A stretch of DNA of 64,000 nt, from NCBI GenBank assembly GCA_023898465.1, contig CP060223.1:224001-288000 (forward strand), given 5' to 3'. Below the pieces are notes generated by a model, which was given only the letters and a program-made list of their open reading frames with translations, was not told the origin of the DNA and searched no databases. Made by a program: the position numbers and the translations under genes. Each line of letters begins with the position of its first letter. Position 1 is the first letter of the stretch. This document shows positions 42,101-50,933 of this stretch, piece by piece. This DNA is from Candidatus Nomurabacteria bacterium. Lineage in GTDB: Bacteria > Patescibacteriota > Patescibacteriia > HK-STAS-PATE-3.

Positions 42101-42898
42101 TTAGTTGACGGAGGCGATCTCTTCATCAGGGATTGCGGCTATCAAGCGTCCGAGCGCCTTTTGCAGCGAAAGATTAGAGCGGGCTAAGCGTTCATCATAT
42201 CGGAAGAAGTGAAAGGGGATAGCAGAGGGGTCGGTCAACGCCATTTGTCCAAGCGCTCCAAGCTGCTGGAATACTGCCCCAAGATCGAGTTCGAGGTCGA
42301 ACAGGAGCTCCCAATCAATGCAAGATCGAAGCGCTTCCCAGGGTAGTGGCTCTTCCATGCAGCATGAGCGCCCGGCCAGCATTCTGACAAAGTGGCAGAG
42401 CCCAGGGTTGAAGAAGCTTTTTCTCCTTTGATCAGTCAGCAAGGTGCTTCTTGGGTCAAAGGGGTACACGGTGTCGTCCTCTCCCTGCATGAGCCATCCC
42501 TTGAGCAGCTCAAGATCAACCACGCTGGTGACCAAATCTTGGGTGGCGAGGGCCTTGCGATCAAAGCTCACGATGTCGCCCCAGGGGATCGGCAGACAGA
42601 TTGAGGCAACAAGTTCCACCCAAGCACCTAGTGTGTCTTGGCGATCCTCTGGGACAACCAAGAGAAAAGAATCAAGAGTTCTGGGAAGTGCCATAGCACC
42701 AAGGGCGGAGAGAAAGTTCCCGGCTTTTTTTCCTACAGCGTCGATGATGAGGCTTCGTATAGGCTCACCATCAGTATCTTCCAAGATGCTTTGAGAATCC
42801 TCAAGACTTGAGCAGACGGTGATGGTGTGGCAGTTGATCCGAGCTGCCAAATGGCGGGCTCGTTTCTGACTACCAGAAAAAACCAAGAGGTGTGCCAT
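42101..42898 (-). CDS. hypothetical protein (G+C-rich island gene)
   Basis: 265-aa ORF whose G+C-rich codon usage matches the island. No family recognised. Confidence 0.45.
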   Translation of the reverse strand: MAHLLVFSGSQKRARHLAARINCHTITVCSSLEDSQSILEDTDGEPIRSLIIDAVGKKAGNFLSALGAMALPRTLDSFLLVVPEDRQDTLGAWVELVASICLPIPWGDIVSFDRKALATQDLVTSVVDLELLKGWLMQGEDDTVYPFDPRSTLLTDQRRKSFFNPGLCHFVRMLAGRSCCMEEPLPWEALRSCIDWELLFDLELDLGAVFQQLGALGQMALTDPSAIPFHFFRYDERLARSNLSLQKALGRLIAAIPDEEIASVN

Positions 42899-42972
42899 AC
42901 TCAGACCTCCGTTGAGTTATGAAGGTGCTTCCTCCTATAGAGAAGTGTAGACGCATTGCGCATCTTCGACAA

Positions 42973-43391
42973 TACTTGACAACCCACTTCACAGGAGTAC
43001 ACTAAATGCACAATTGGTGGCGATCTCTGCCTGGCACTGACCAGGTTGTCCGGAGACGCCATGTTTTTGTATGCGCGTGTTCTTCCTCCTTGCCGCAGGG
43101 TGTAGCTCGGCTCCGCTCGCTACCCATTTCTCGGCATCGGTCTCTTTGCGATGATCGAAACGAAGAGCGTCTTTTTCTACTCTCCTGCAGGGGCGGTGCG
43201 GGAGCGCGGAATAGTTCCGGGCTTCATTTCCTCACATGAGGAAAGCGGCTTTGTTGCCGTTTTGCACCTTGAAATGCATGGAGGTTCGCCATGACTTGGC
43301 GTTTCCGACTCTTCCTGCTCATGGCCATCGCGTTGACCATGACACCCCTCGCTTTCATGACCGGCTGCCAGGAGCTGCCGACGGAGGGGGA
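42973..43391 (+). repeat. direct repeat copy A: promoter + 5' leader + signal-peptide cassette (partner at 46570..46894)
   Basis: Near-identical to copy B apart from one insertion of about 94 nt and scattered substitutions. It spans TTGACA through the first about 34 codons of the lipoprotein gene. Confidence 0.85.
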
Positions 43392-44028
43392 TTCACAGGA
43401 TCAAGTGGTTGAGAGTCCGGAAGCTCAACCCGGTCCAGCGATTCAGTCTACTGGGCCCGAATGGTATAATCAGGTCGTAAGTGAAGCAAAGTACACATTG
43501 TGCCAGCTTCGAAACGGCACATCGCATGAGGTCTATCAGGGTAAGGCTATGGGTGATTGGCCCTACCCACATCAAGGGGATTGTTGTAACGCCCTTGGTG
43601 TAGTCCGTCAATATATGTACGGTGGTGGCTCTCCAGGACCGCTTGGCGAATGGAATGGCTTCCAGCAAGGCGGTTGGTGCAAGTTCTTTGTCAACTTGGT
43701 GCTCTACCGCTCTAGCTATGGCTACCCGGGCGGACATTTGCTCTTGCCCACTTCTACGTATCGTTACAATAATCCACGCCCGGTTTCCGAAGCACAACCT
43801 GGATGGATCTTGCAGTCAGAAACACTACCTCATACTGCGATCGTAGTAGAACGACTAGGCGGTGGCTTGGATGTAATCGATTCAAACTGGATCGGAACTT
43901 ACAAGCGTCCGGACGGAAGTTATTACTACTCATATGCCATCGCAAGGCATGAAATCACAAATACGGAGTTGGATCGCTACGATTTCATGGCATATCGTCC
44001 GCATGAGGCGTGCGTGCTGCATAACTAG
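43291..44028 (+). CDS. lipoprotein with CHAP-like (cysteine, histidine-dependent amidohydrolase/peptidase) domain
   Basis: Signal peptide plus lipobox LAFMTG|C. QGDCCNALGVVRQY (Cys motif) and LPHTAIVVERLGGGLDVIDSNW (His motif) resemble the CHAP catalytic dyad. Confidence 0.55.
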   Translation: MTWRFRLFLLMAIALTMTPLAFMTGCQELPTEGDSQDQVVESPEAQPGPAIQSTGPEWYNQVVSEAKYTLCQLRNGTSHEVYQGKAMGDWPYPHQGDCCNALGVVRQYMYGGGSPGPLGEWNGFQQGGWCKFFVNLVLYRSSYGYPGGHLLLPTSTYRYNNPRPVSEAQPGWILQSETLPHTAIVVERLGGGLDVIDSNWIGTYKRPDGSYYYSYAIARHEITNTELDRYDFMAYRPHEACVLHN

Positions 44029-44101
44029 ATAGTGGGGGGTGCTGGAAAGTTTTTCAGTTCCCCCCACCTCCCACAAAGTCAATTATTTACTTCATAAGTA
44101 T

Positions 44102-44617
44102 ATGAAAAAAATCCAAATAGTCTTTCTCTTATTTTCAAGCATTGTTCTTGCGTCGGTGATTTTTTATTCCGGACATGCTATTTCATATAAAAATACAACC
44201 TACGGATATTCTTTTAGTACAATAAAAAAGTCTAATATTAAAGTTCTTGATCCAGCGCTTGTTCAAGTTTCAATTATAGGAGAAGAGGTTATTGAGGAGA
44301 GTCCAATAATAAACATATATGCTATTAAGTTGGAGCAAGATTCTTTGTCTGCAACCCAAGAACTTGAAACGTGGGTAGGGGAAGATCTTAATGGTTTCTC
44401 TGATATTAATATTCAGAGTACAACGACCGAAACAGAAAAAATAATTAACGTTACTTATACGGGAGGGGGGATGTCTGGAAGTATTAAATACGTCGGATTT
44501 TATGTTTTCAATCAGGAAGAAAAAACAATAATTAAGGTAGTAGCTTCTCAGTATAATGATAATATGGAATTGTTTGAGGCCTACAAAAAAATTCTTTCTT
44601 CCTTTCAGTTAATATAA
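44102..44617 (+). CDS. hypothetical membrane-anchored protein (AT-rich insert within the island)
   Basis: MKKIQIVFLLFSSIVLASVIFYSGH N-terminal anchor. 171 aa. Confidence 0.45.
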   Translation: MKKIQIVFLLFSSIVLASVIFYSGHAISYKNTTYGYSFSTIKKSNIKVLDPALVQVSIIGEEVIEESPIINIYAIKLEQDSLSATQELETWVGEDLNGFSDINIQSTTTETEKIINVTYTGGGMSGSIKYVGFYVFNQEEKTIIKVVASQYNDNMELFEAYKKILSSFQLI

Positions 44618-45255
44618 TGACCACCACTCATCGTCTCCTCATATTACTCATTGTCGTAGTTGCCGCAGGCTTTCTCTATCTTGGATTAAGATCAGATTCC
44701 TCCGATGTAACAACGACGAACAAAACAGTCAACAAAGATTTCCGTGAACTTGAAATGCTCAGTTCAGCTGGTCACAAGGTGTTTCAATCAGAGAATTATG
44801 ATTTCACCTATACGATTGATCATGGTGTTGACTGGAGCGTTAGCGAGGCTGCAGAGCCGACTTTGCTCACCACTTGGTTTTCTTTACCAAATCCAAATAG
44901 TGAAGAGGAAGAAAGAGATGATATTCCGAATGGGTTTAATACCTTTGAAAAAAATAGTTTTCGACTTGATGTATATCCTAACTCAGGTTCAGTAAGTCCA
45001 AATGGAGAAGCGGAGCTAAAAGATTGGTTAAAAAATGATCTTAATAGTGAGTATATTCCTGGAAGCTTTTTAACCTTATCCATTGCAAGAAACCGTTTAT
45101 TCAAAGTAGTTGATTTTCAGGGGATTGATGTGCGAGAGGCGCATTATTATCTATTTGGCTCTGCATTTGTATATGTCTTTTCAAGCGGTGATTTCACTGA
45201 GCAAGAAATGCGCGAGTTTATTAGCGGTTTTACCTACGAAAGAGCGCCTTTATAA
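44617..45255 (+). CDS. hypothetical membrane-anchored protein (AT-rich)
   Basis: Start overlaps the upstream stop (TAATG). N-terminal TM anchor. 212 aa. Confidence 0.45.
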   Translation: MTTTHRLLILLIVVVAAGFLYLGLRSDSSDVTTTNKTVNKDFRELEMLSSAGHKVFQSENYDFTYTIDHGVDWSVSEAAEPTLLTTWFSLPNPNSEEEERDDIPNGFNTFEKNSFRLDVYPNSGSVSPNGEAELKDWLKNDLNSEYIPGSFLTLSIARNRLFKVVDFQGIDVREAHYYLFGSAFVYVFSSGDFTEQEMREFISGFTYERAPL

Positions 45256-45462
45256 GCGCTTCATCTCATCTTTATTTCTTTACTTGACGCATCTCAGTAG
45301 TCCGAGCATAATCATTTTTGGGTAGTAACCCACGTTTTGATAAGCAGGAGAAGTACGGTAGATTCGATGGATGCGCCATGCGCACCCCATCTGCGTTGGA
45401 TTGTCACACTGAACCTCGGGTCAGGATAGCACCCTGACAAATCTGGAAAGAAAGGAGGCGTC

Positions 45463-46470
45463 ATGAACCGCCTGTTTGTCGTACTCGCGCTGATCACCAT
45501 CGGGGCTCTGGGTTTTGTTGGCTGCGGCGGTAAGGACGCCGCTACGAAGCCGGAAGAAATCCGCAGTCCAGATCAGATCGTGCAGTCTGAGATTGTCTAT
45601 ACCGTGAACCCAGACTACTCAGGGGTGAATGTTTCGTGGAAAACAAACATCCCGACAGTTGGAAGGGTGTACTATGGTAGGACTCCTCAACCAACTGACT
45701 ACGTCATCGAGGAGGTGAGCACTACTCAACATTTGTTGTGTGCACCTCGACTCAGGGGAGATGCGCTCTTCTACTTCCAAGTGCAATCATCCTTTTCCGA
45801 GGAAGTGATTAGCGCTCGGGAACCGAGCGAAGGCGATACACTTCGCACCCCACGATGGGTTGATTGGTCTCCACCTACCGTAAGATGGGTCGATCCTCGA
45901 GAAGGCGCAATAAAGGGCGGGACGATTGATCTCACTGTTTCGGCAAACGAATACGTTGTCAACGGGGTGGTAGAGGTGAAATTCTTTATCGATGGCAGGG
46001 TCATCGCTGTAGTGACTGAACCCGATGACGGTGATAAGATCTTCGTCGTGCATGACTTCAATACTACCCAGCTCACCGATGGCTTGCATAGCTTTCACGC
46101 GTTGGCAACAGATGTAAACGGTAACAGAGAGTCAAGGGGAATTACGGTCGACATCGACAACTCGAAGCCGGTCATCTATCGATGGGATGCTCCGAGAAAT
46201 CAGCGGGAGATCGGGAATTCTATCAATTTGCGAGTGGTGGCTCAGGACTTTCGTGGTGAACACGTCGATGATGTGTACATCACCCTCGATGGTCAACCAT
46301 TTGCGAGGCTTGAGGTGTGTGAACTGCGAGCTAGCGGCGTAGGAGATGTGTGGTGTAGAGACGTTGATACGTCGACGCTGTCACCCGGTCAGCACTACTT
46401 CGGTGCCGTTTCAGTAGATCATGCTGGCAACGAGTCAGATCCGGTCTACATCGGCGTCATCAAGCAGTAG
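45463..46470 (+). CDS. lipoprotein with Ig-like/FN3-like beta-sandwich repeats (G+C-rich)
   Basis: Lipobox LGFVG|C. Repeated beta-strand-rich segments (VNVSWKTN...VYYGRTPQ, IDLTVSANE..., FHALATDVNGN..., FGAVSVDHAGNES) typical of Big/FN3 folds. Confidence 0.5.
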   Translation: MNRLFVVLALITIGALGFVGCGGKDAATKPEEIRSPDQIVQSEIVYTVNPDYSGVNVSWKTNIPTVGRVYYGRTPQPTDYVIEEVSTTQHLLCAPRLRGDALFYFQVQSSFSEEVISAREPSEGDTLRTPRWVDWSPPTVRWVDPREGAIKGGTIDLTVSANEYVVNGVVEVKFFIDGRVIAVVTEPDDGDKIFVVHDFNTTQLTDGLHSFHALATDVNGNRESRGITVDIDNSKPVIYRWDAPRNQREIGNSINLRVVAQDFRGEHVDDVYITLDGQPFARLEVCELRASGVGDVWCRDVDTSTLSPGQHYFGAVSVDHAGNESDPVYIGVIKQ

Positions 46471-46569
46471 CCTTTCCAGTCCGTCAGGAATCCAACAGAG
46501 CCTGGGATCATCGATCTCGGGCTCTTCTCTTTTTGATACGCTCCAGAATGAAAAAGTGAAGTTTACTAT

Positions 46570-46894
46570 TACTTGACAACCCACTTCACAGGAGTACACT
46601 AAATGCACAATTGGTGGCGATCTCTGCCTGGCACTGACCAGGATGTCTGGAGACGCCATGTTTTTGTATAGGCGTATTCCACCCTCCCTTGCCGTGGCGT
46701 TGGGGAGCGCGGAATAGTTCCGGGCTTCATTTCCTCACATGAGGAAAGCGGCTTTGTTGCCGTTTTGCACTTTGAAATGCATGGAGGTTCGCCATGACTT
46801 GGCGTTTCCGACTCTTCCTGCTCATGGCCATCGCGTTGACCATGACACCCCTCGCTTTCATGACCGGCTGTCAGGAGCTGCCGACGGAGGGGGA
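46570..46894 (+). repeat. direct repeat copy B of the promoter/leader/signal-peptide cassette
   Basis: See copy A. This copy lacks the segment of about 94 nt. Confidence 0.85.
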
Positions 46895-47492
46895 GACTTC
46901 GGTGATCTCTGATGAGTTGCCGGATGCTTCACCCTCAGCTCAGTCAAGCCCGATGACTTGGCCCTCTTCGATCCAGGATTTCAAACTCCCTTATGATGGG
47001 ATCCGGGATGCATGCGGGGGTCAGATTTGGAAGGTTGTTTGCGGGTACGGATGTGGTTATCATCACAACACAAACTACATGGCCGCCGCGTACCATTCGA
47101 TTGATCTTGTACGGCAGGATGCGCCGACCACTCATAGCGCAGTACTCGCTCCGGCGCGTGGCATCGTTTCGTTTGTCGGATGGAGGAATGGGTACGGTTG
47201 GTGCGTGGAGATGGATCATCGAAACGGCTGGAAGTCGCTTGTGGCCCATCTCGAAACGGATCCTTGGGAATTCGTCCATACCTATGACGACCTGCGGCAG
47301 GGGACTTTCCTGGGCTATGCAGGGAACAGCGGAGCGAGTACGACACCCCACATTCACTTCTCGGTGTGGCGGAACAACGTCACTCATACGCTCGATGGCG
47401 TATCGTTGATCAACCCGCGTCTAAATGGGCGATACAATTCCGGCAATGATTATGTTGCGCCACCGACGGGAAATCCGAACCCGATTCCTTAA
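46794..47492 (+). CDS. lipoprotein peptidase M23 family (LytM/lysostaphin-like peptidoglycan endopeptidase)
   Basis: Identical signal peptide and lipobox to the 43291 gene. HSIDLV (HxxxD) and TPHIHFSVW (HxH) are M23 zinc ligand motifs. Confidence 0.7.
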   Translation: MTWRFRLFLLMAIALTMTPLAFMTGCQELPTEGETSVISDELPDASPSAQSSPMTWPSSIQDFKLPYDGIRDACGGQIWKVVCGYGCGYHHNTNYMAAAYHSIDLVRQDAPTTHSAVLAPARGIVSFVGWRNGYGWCVEMDHRNGWKSLVAHLETDPWEFVHTYDDLRQGTFLGYAGNSGASTTPHIHFSVWRNNVTHTLDGVSLINPRLNGRYNSGNDYVAPPTGNPNPIP

Positions 47493-47498
47493 CACGAT

Positions 47499-47535
47499 AG
47501 CGGAGAAGGTTTTTCATTAGAAAGCCTTCTCCGCT
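47499..47535. terminator. long perfect hairpin (agcggagaagg-...-ccttctccgct) at the 3' boundary of the GC-rich island
   Basis: 11-bp perfect inverted repeat with no strong T-run. It is a terminator-like or boundary element. Confidence 0.45.
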
Positions 47536-47668
47536 GTCTCTCCTCTCTATGAATAGTCATGTTGCTATTCTTTCTGTTAGCGATCACCATCCTTTTAGTT
47601 GATTTAGGATTAAAACTATAATTACGTTATTCTGGAGCATTTTCTCATAATATCGTAATCTTACTACT

Positions 47669-48682
47669 ATGAATCGTTTTTCTATCTTCATCGCAGTGTT
47701 CGTTCTTATCAGCGCAGTGGTTTATGCTTTCTTTTTTGCTACATTATTTGGGGAAAAGAAAGCTATTGAAGGAGTGCAGGGACCTGCTTTTATGTTTGCA
47801 ACCCTGCCTGACTCAGATGCATCTGCCGCGATAAGCATTTTTGAGATTCCTACAATGTCGAAGCGAAAGGCTGAAGACACATCTTTGCCAATGCATTTTC
47901 TTAAAAAACTAGGAGATCCGAGAGAGTATTTTGATCCCATACTTTCTTCAAGTGGTGCATATTTGGCTTTTAATCGTAATATTGGGGAGCCGAAACAGGA
48001 TAAGACAAATTTAGTAATACTTGCAGCTGACGGAAAAGAAAGGAGCGTGGAGAGCGGCTCTGCTGGAGATATAGGAATAGGAATGCTCACGCCCTTGCAG
48101 TGGAGTGCTGATGAAAAAACGCTCTACGCTTTTTATACACACGCAACTGAAGGTAATATCGTAGGCCTGGTGGCAATTGATGTGGCAACTTTAAGCCAAC
48201 AACGAATTGAAAAAATTGATGATCTACGTGTAAGTAACTACGTCTTTGATGAAGTCGGAAATACCTACGGTTTTGAACCGCACTATCGATTCCGCCCTGA
48301 AGACGAGGCTCAAACAACCTTTTATCGAATTTCTTTGACTAGTGGCGAAACAAAAAGCTTTACACTCCAGCAATCGAGTTTGGACGATCTCTTGACCGTA
48401 GATCCAAGCGGGAGATACCTCGTGTACGCAAACGGAGATGATTTTAATTCTCGTAACATTTGGATGTATGACATGGAAACCGGTGAGGAGCGCGCGTTGA
48501 CTGAAAATGCTGTTGTTAATGAAATTTTGCCCTGGAAAGATGGATATTTGGTATTTCTGGAGGAAAGTGTAAACACCCCCGCAGAAAAAACACTTGTATC
48601 ATACGATGTAAATTCTGGCATTCGCAAAGTTCTTTTAGAAAATGTTACAGGGACGTTCCGGCTTCTTGGTTGGTATCCCTAA
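47669..48682 (+). CDS. membrane-anchored PD40/TolB-like beta-propeller protein (paralog-type of 20627..21961)
   Basis: N-terminal TM helix. WSADEKTLYAF and DPSGRYLVYANGDD blades. Confidence 0.5.
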   Translation: MNRFSIFIAVFVLISAVVYAFFFATLFGEKKAIEGVQGPAFMFATLPDSDASAAISIFEIPTMSKRKAEDTSLPMHFLKKLGDPREYFDPILSSSGAYLAFNRNIGEPKQDKTNLVILAADGKERSVESGSAGDIGIGMLTPLQWSADEKTLYAFYTHATEGNIVGLVAIDVATLSQQRIEKIDDLRVSNYVFDEVGNTYGFEPHYRFRPEDEAQTTFYRISLTSGETKSFTLQQSSLDDLLTVDPSGRYLVYANGDDFNSRNIWMYDMETGEERALTENAVVNEILPWKDGYLVFLEESVNTPAEKTLVSYDVNSGIRKVLLENVTGTFRLLGWYP

Positions 48683-48715
48683 TTTCATATATCAGTTGGG
48701 AGGTTTTTATTAAAC

Positions 48716-48746
48716 CTTGCCCCTCCCCTTAAAAAGTGGTATAGTC
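48716..48746 (+). promoter_or_regulatory. putative promoter with extended -10 (TTGCCC-17-TGgTATAGT) for the sensor-module array operon
   Basis: Hexamers and spacing seen directly in the sequence. It is followed by an untranslated leader of about 190 nt before the first paralog. Confidence 0.4.
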
Positions 48747-48940
48747 ATTGAGCTATTCTGAATATCTCAATATTCTAGCAACCGCGTGAAAATGTCAGCA
48801 AAAACAGACATCGCGGAGGGGGAAATCACTCAAGAGCAGCACATACTCTTGTATACTCAAGCGTCCCTAGTAAAAAGGGATGTTTTTTGTGTGCAAAGTA
48901 GCCTCGTAGCTGCCACAAGTTCTGAAAGGAGCGAAGGCGC

Positions 48941-49600
48941 ATGTTAGGTTATCTTTTGCTCATTATATCGGTTGTAGAGTTTTTTATTGGCCTGTACCTT
49001 ATTTTTCGCTATGAAAAAAGCCAGGCAACAACATATTACGGTCTCTTTGCAATAAGTGTTGCGATCTATGTTGCCGCGAACGGTTTCGGATTTACCCGAG
49101 CTTCTGATAACGAGTTTATTTTTGAGCAACTTGCTTGGTTTGGCGGCTTACTTAGCGCCCCATTTATCCTTGGCTTCAGTTATAGCTTTCCTAGCCCTAA
49201 AAAATATCCCACTGAGCTATTTCCGTGGGTAATTTGGCCAGTAGTGTTATTTGGCGCAGGAATTTTTACTTCAAATATTTTCCTGGAGAAAACGTATATT
49301 TATTCCTTTGCCGAAGGCTACACTGCGCCAATCGGTGTCTTTTTCTGGTTCGCCATTGCAGTATTTGCGATGTATTGGATATGGGCAATACGAAACCTGC
49401 TGTATACGAGATTGCACACAAGCGGTTTTTATAGGAATTTTCTTACCATTGTGCTCATAGGGCTTTTTTCATCACTGCTTATTTCAGCAATTTTTGATAT
49501 TTACATTCCCTTAGTTTCAGTCACGCGCTACGGATATATTGGAGCATTATTCTCGTCTATTTGGCTGTTTACTACCGCGTATTTAATGGTGAGGAAGTAA
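48941..49600 (+). CDS. standalone 7TM membrane protein, paralog 1 (homologous to the HisKA_7TM-type N-terminal sensor module of the downstream histidine kinase)
   Basis: 219 aa, about 7 hydrophobic helices. Conserved blocks (N/R)xFLxIxLIGLxxSLL(I/V)S and GY(I/M)G(A/P)L(F/A)SSIWLF...YL(M/I)(V/L)RK are shared with the other paralogs and with HK residues about 190-230. Confidence 0.7.
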   Translation: MLGYLLLIISVVEFFIGLYLIFRYEKSQATTYYGLFAISVAIYVAANGFGFTRASDNEFIFEQLAWFGGLLSAPFILGFSYSFPSPKKYPTELFPWVIWPVVLFGAGIFTSNIFLEKTYIYSFAEGYTAPIGVFFWFAIAVFAMYWIWAIRNLLYTRLHTSGFYRNFLTIVLIGLFSSLLISAIFDIYIPLVSVTRYGYIGALFSSIWLFTTAYLMVRK

Positions 49601-49601
49601 G

Positions 49602-50261
49602 ATGATTGGATATATATTACTCATTATCTCAGTTGTTGAAGTAATACTCGGTTTTTATTTGATTTTTCGATATGTAAAAAGTCCAGCAACTATATATTAC
49701 GGCCTATTCGCGCTAAGTGTAGCACTCTATGTAGGTGCAAACGGGTATGGTTTTAGTCCGTTTTCAGAAAATGATATATGGCTGGAAATAATTGCCTGGA
49801 TTGGCGGGACCTTTACCGCTCCTTTTATTCTTGGCTTCAGTTACTCATTCCCTTATCCACGTAAGTCCAATAAGGAAATACTGTCTTTAGTTCTTAGTCC
49901 ACTCGTTTTTTTCTTCGTCGTAATACTTTTTTCTAATACTTTTGTAGATCATAATAGTGTTATCAGCTTTGATGAAGGATTTCAAAGACCTGTCGGGGAG
50001 TTACACTGGTTTGTATTATCAGTATTCTTTTTCTATTGGGTTTGGTCTTTTATTGAACTAGTAAAGAGTCGAAAAAAATCCGACGGCTTTAATAAGAATT
50101 TTCTTCTTATTTTAATTATAGGCTTAGTTTTTTCTTTGTTGGTTTCGGTATTTACTAACATCATTCATCCACTTGTCGATGTTTCAAAGTTAGGTTATAT
50201 GGGCCCCTTAGCCTCTTCAATCTGGCTATTTATTACTGGGTACTTGATATTGAGGAAGTAA
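49602..50261 (+). CDS. standalone 7TM sensor-module paralog 2
   Basis: 219 aa. Starts 1 nt after the paralog 1 stop, with an RBS aggaag. About 60% identical to paralog 1 by eye. Confidence 0.7.
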   Translation: MIGYILLIISVVEVILGFYLIFRYVKSPATIYYGLFALSVALYVGANGYGFSPFSENDIWLEIIAWIGGTFTAPFILGFSYSFPYPRKSNKEILSLVLSPLVFFFVVILFSNTFVDHNSVISFDEGFQRPVGELHWFVLSVFFFYWVWSFIELVKSRKKSDGFNKNFLLILIIGLVFSLLVSVFTNIIHPLVDVSKLGYMGPLASSIWLFITGYLILRK

Positions 50262-50932
50262 TGAACACCTTTCATTTAGTTTTACTTTTTACACTTTTCT
50301 TTATTCACGCGACTCTCGCAATATGGATGTTGCGTAGATATGTGCAGACGCTATCCATTCGTTATTACTCAGGCTTTTTATTTGGACTAGCACTTATTGC
50401 ACTATTAAATGGTTTATTGCTGTTATTTGGCGGTCAGGAGAGTCAAACAGTCCTTCATAAGATCGGCTTTATCTCAGGCACCTTCACTTTTGTGATGTTC
50501 TTTATGTTTAGTAAGTACTTTCCAATTTCTACTGCAAGACCAAACTCCCGCGACATTCTTTTTTGGGTAATTCCGATTACATTTTTTATTCCATTCATAC
50601 TTTTTAATCAGCAGTTTATCCAGTCTGTGATTATAGAAAATGGAATAAGTAAGCCTACATTTGGAGTCTGGTATACACCATTTATGTTAGTTTTGGCCAC
50701 CTTTGTTCTGGGGGCTATCTATAATCTCATACAGAAATATAAAATAACCACTGAACTTGAAATTAGGAAGAACATTAGAGACATTACGGCAGTATTTTTC
50801 GTATCAGGACTCCTTGGCTTTTTGTTGGACGTTGTGTTGCCAAGGTTTAATGTTTATACGGCACATTACTTTGCCATTGAATCTTCACTTTTTGTTGCGC
50901 TAACTACTGCAATTATTATTGCAAAGAAGTAA
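50261..50932 (+). CDS. standalone 7TM sensor-module paralog 3 (divergent)
   Basis: 223 aa. TAATG stop/start overlap with paralog 2. Confidence 0.65.
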   Translation: MNTFHLVLLFTLFFIHATLAIWMLRRYVQTLSIRYYSGFLFGLALIALLNGLLLLFGGQESQTVLHKIGFISGTFTFVMFFMFSKYFPISTARPNSRDILFWVIPITFFIPFILFNQQFIQSVIIENGISKPTFGVWYTPFMLVLATFVLGAIYNLIQKYKITTELEIRKNIRDITAVFFVSGLLGFLLDVVLPRFNVYTAHYFAIESSLFVALTTAIIIAKK

Positions 50933-50933
50933 G

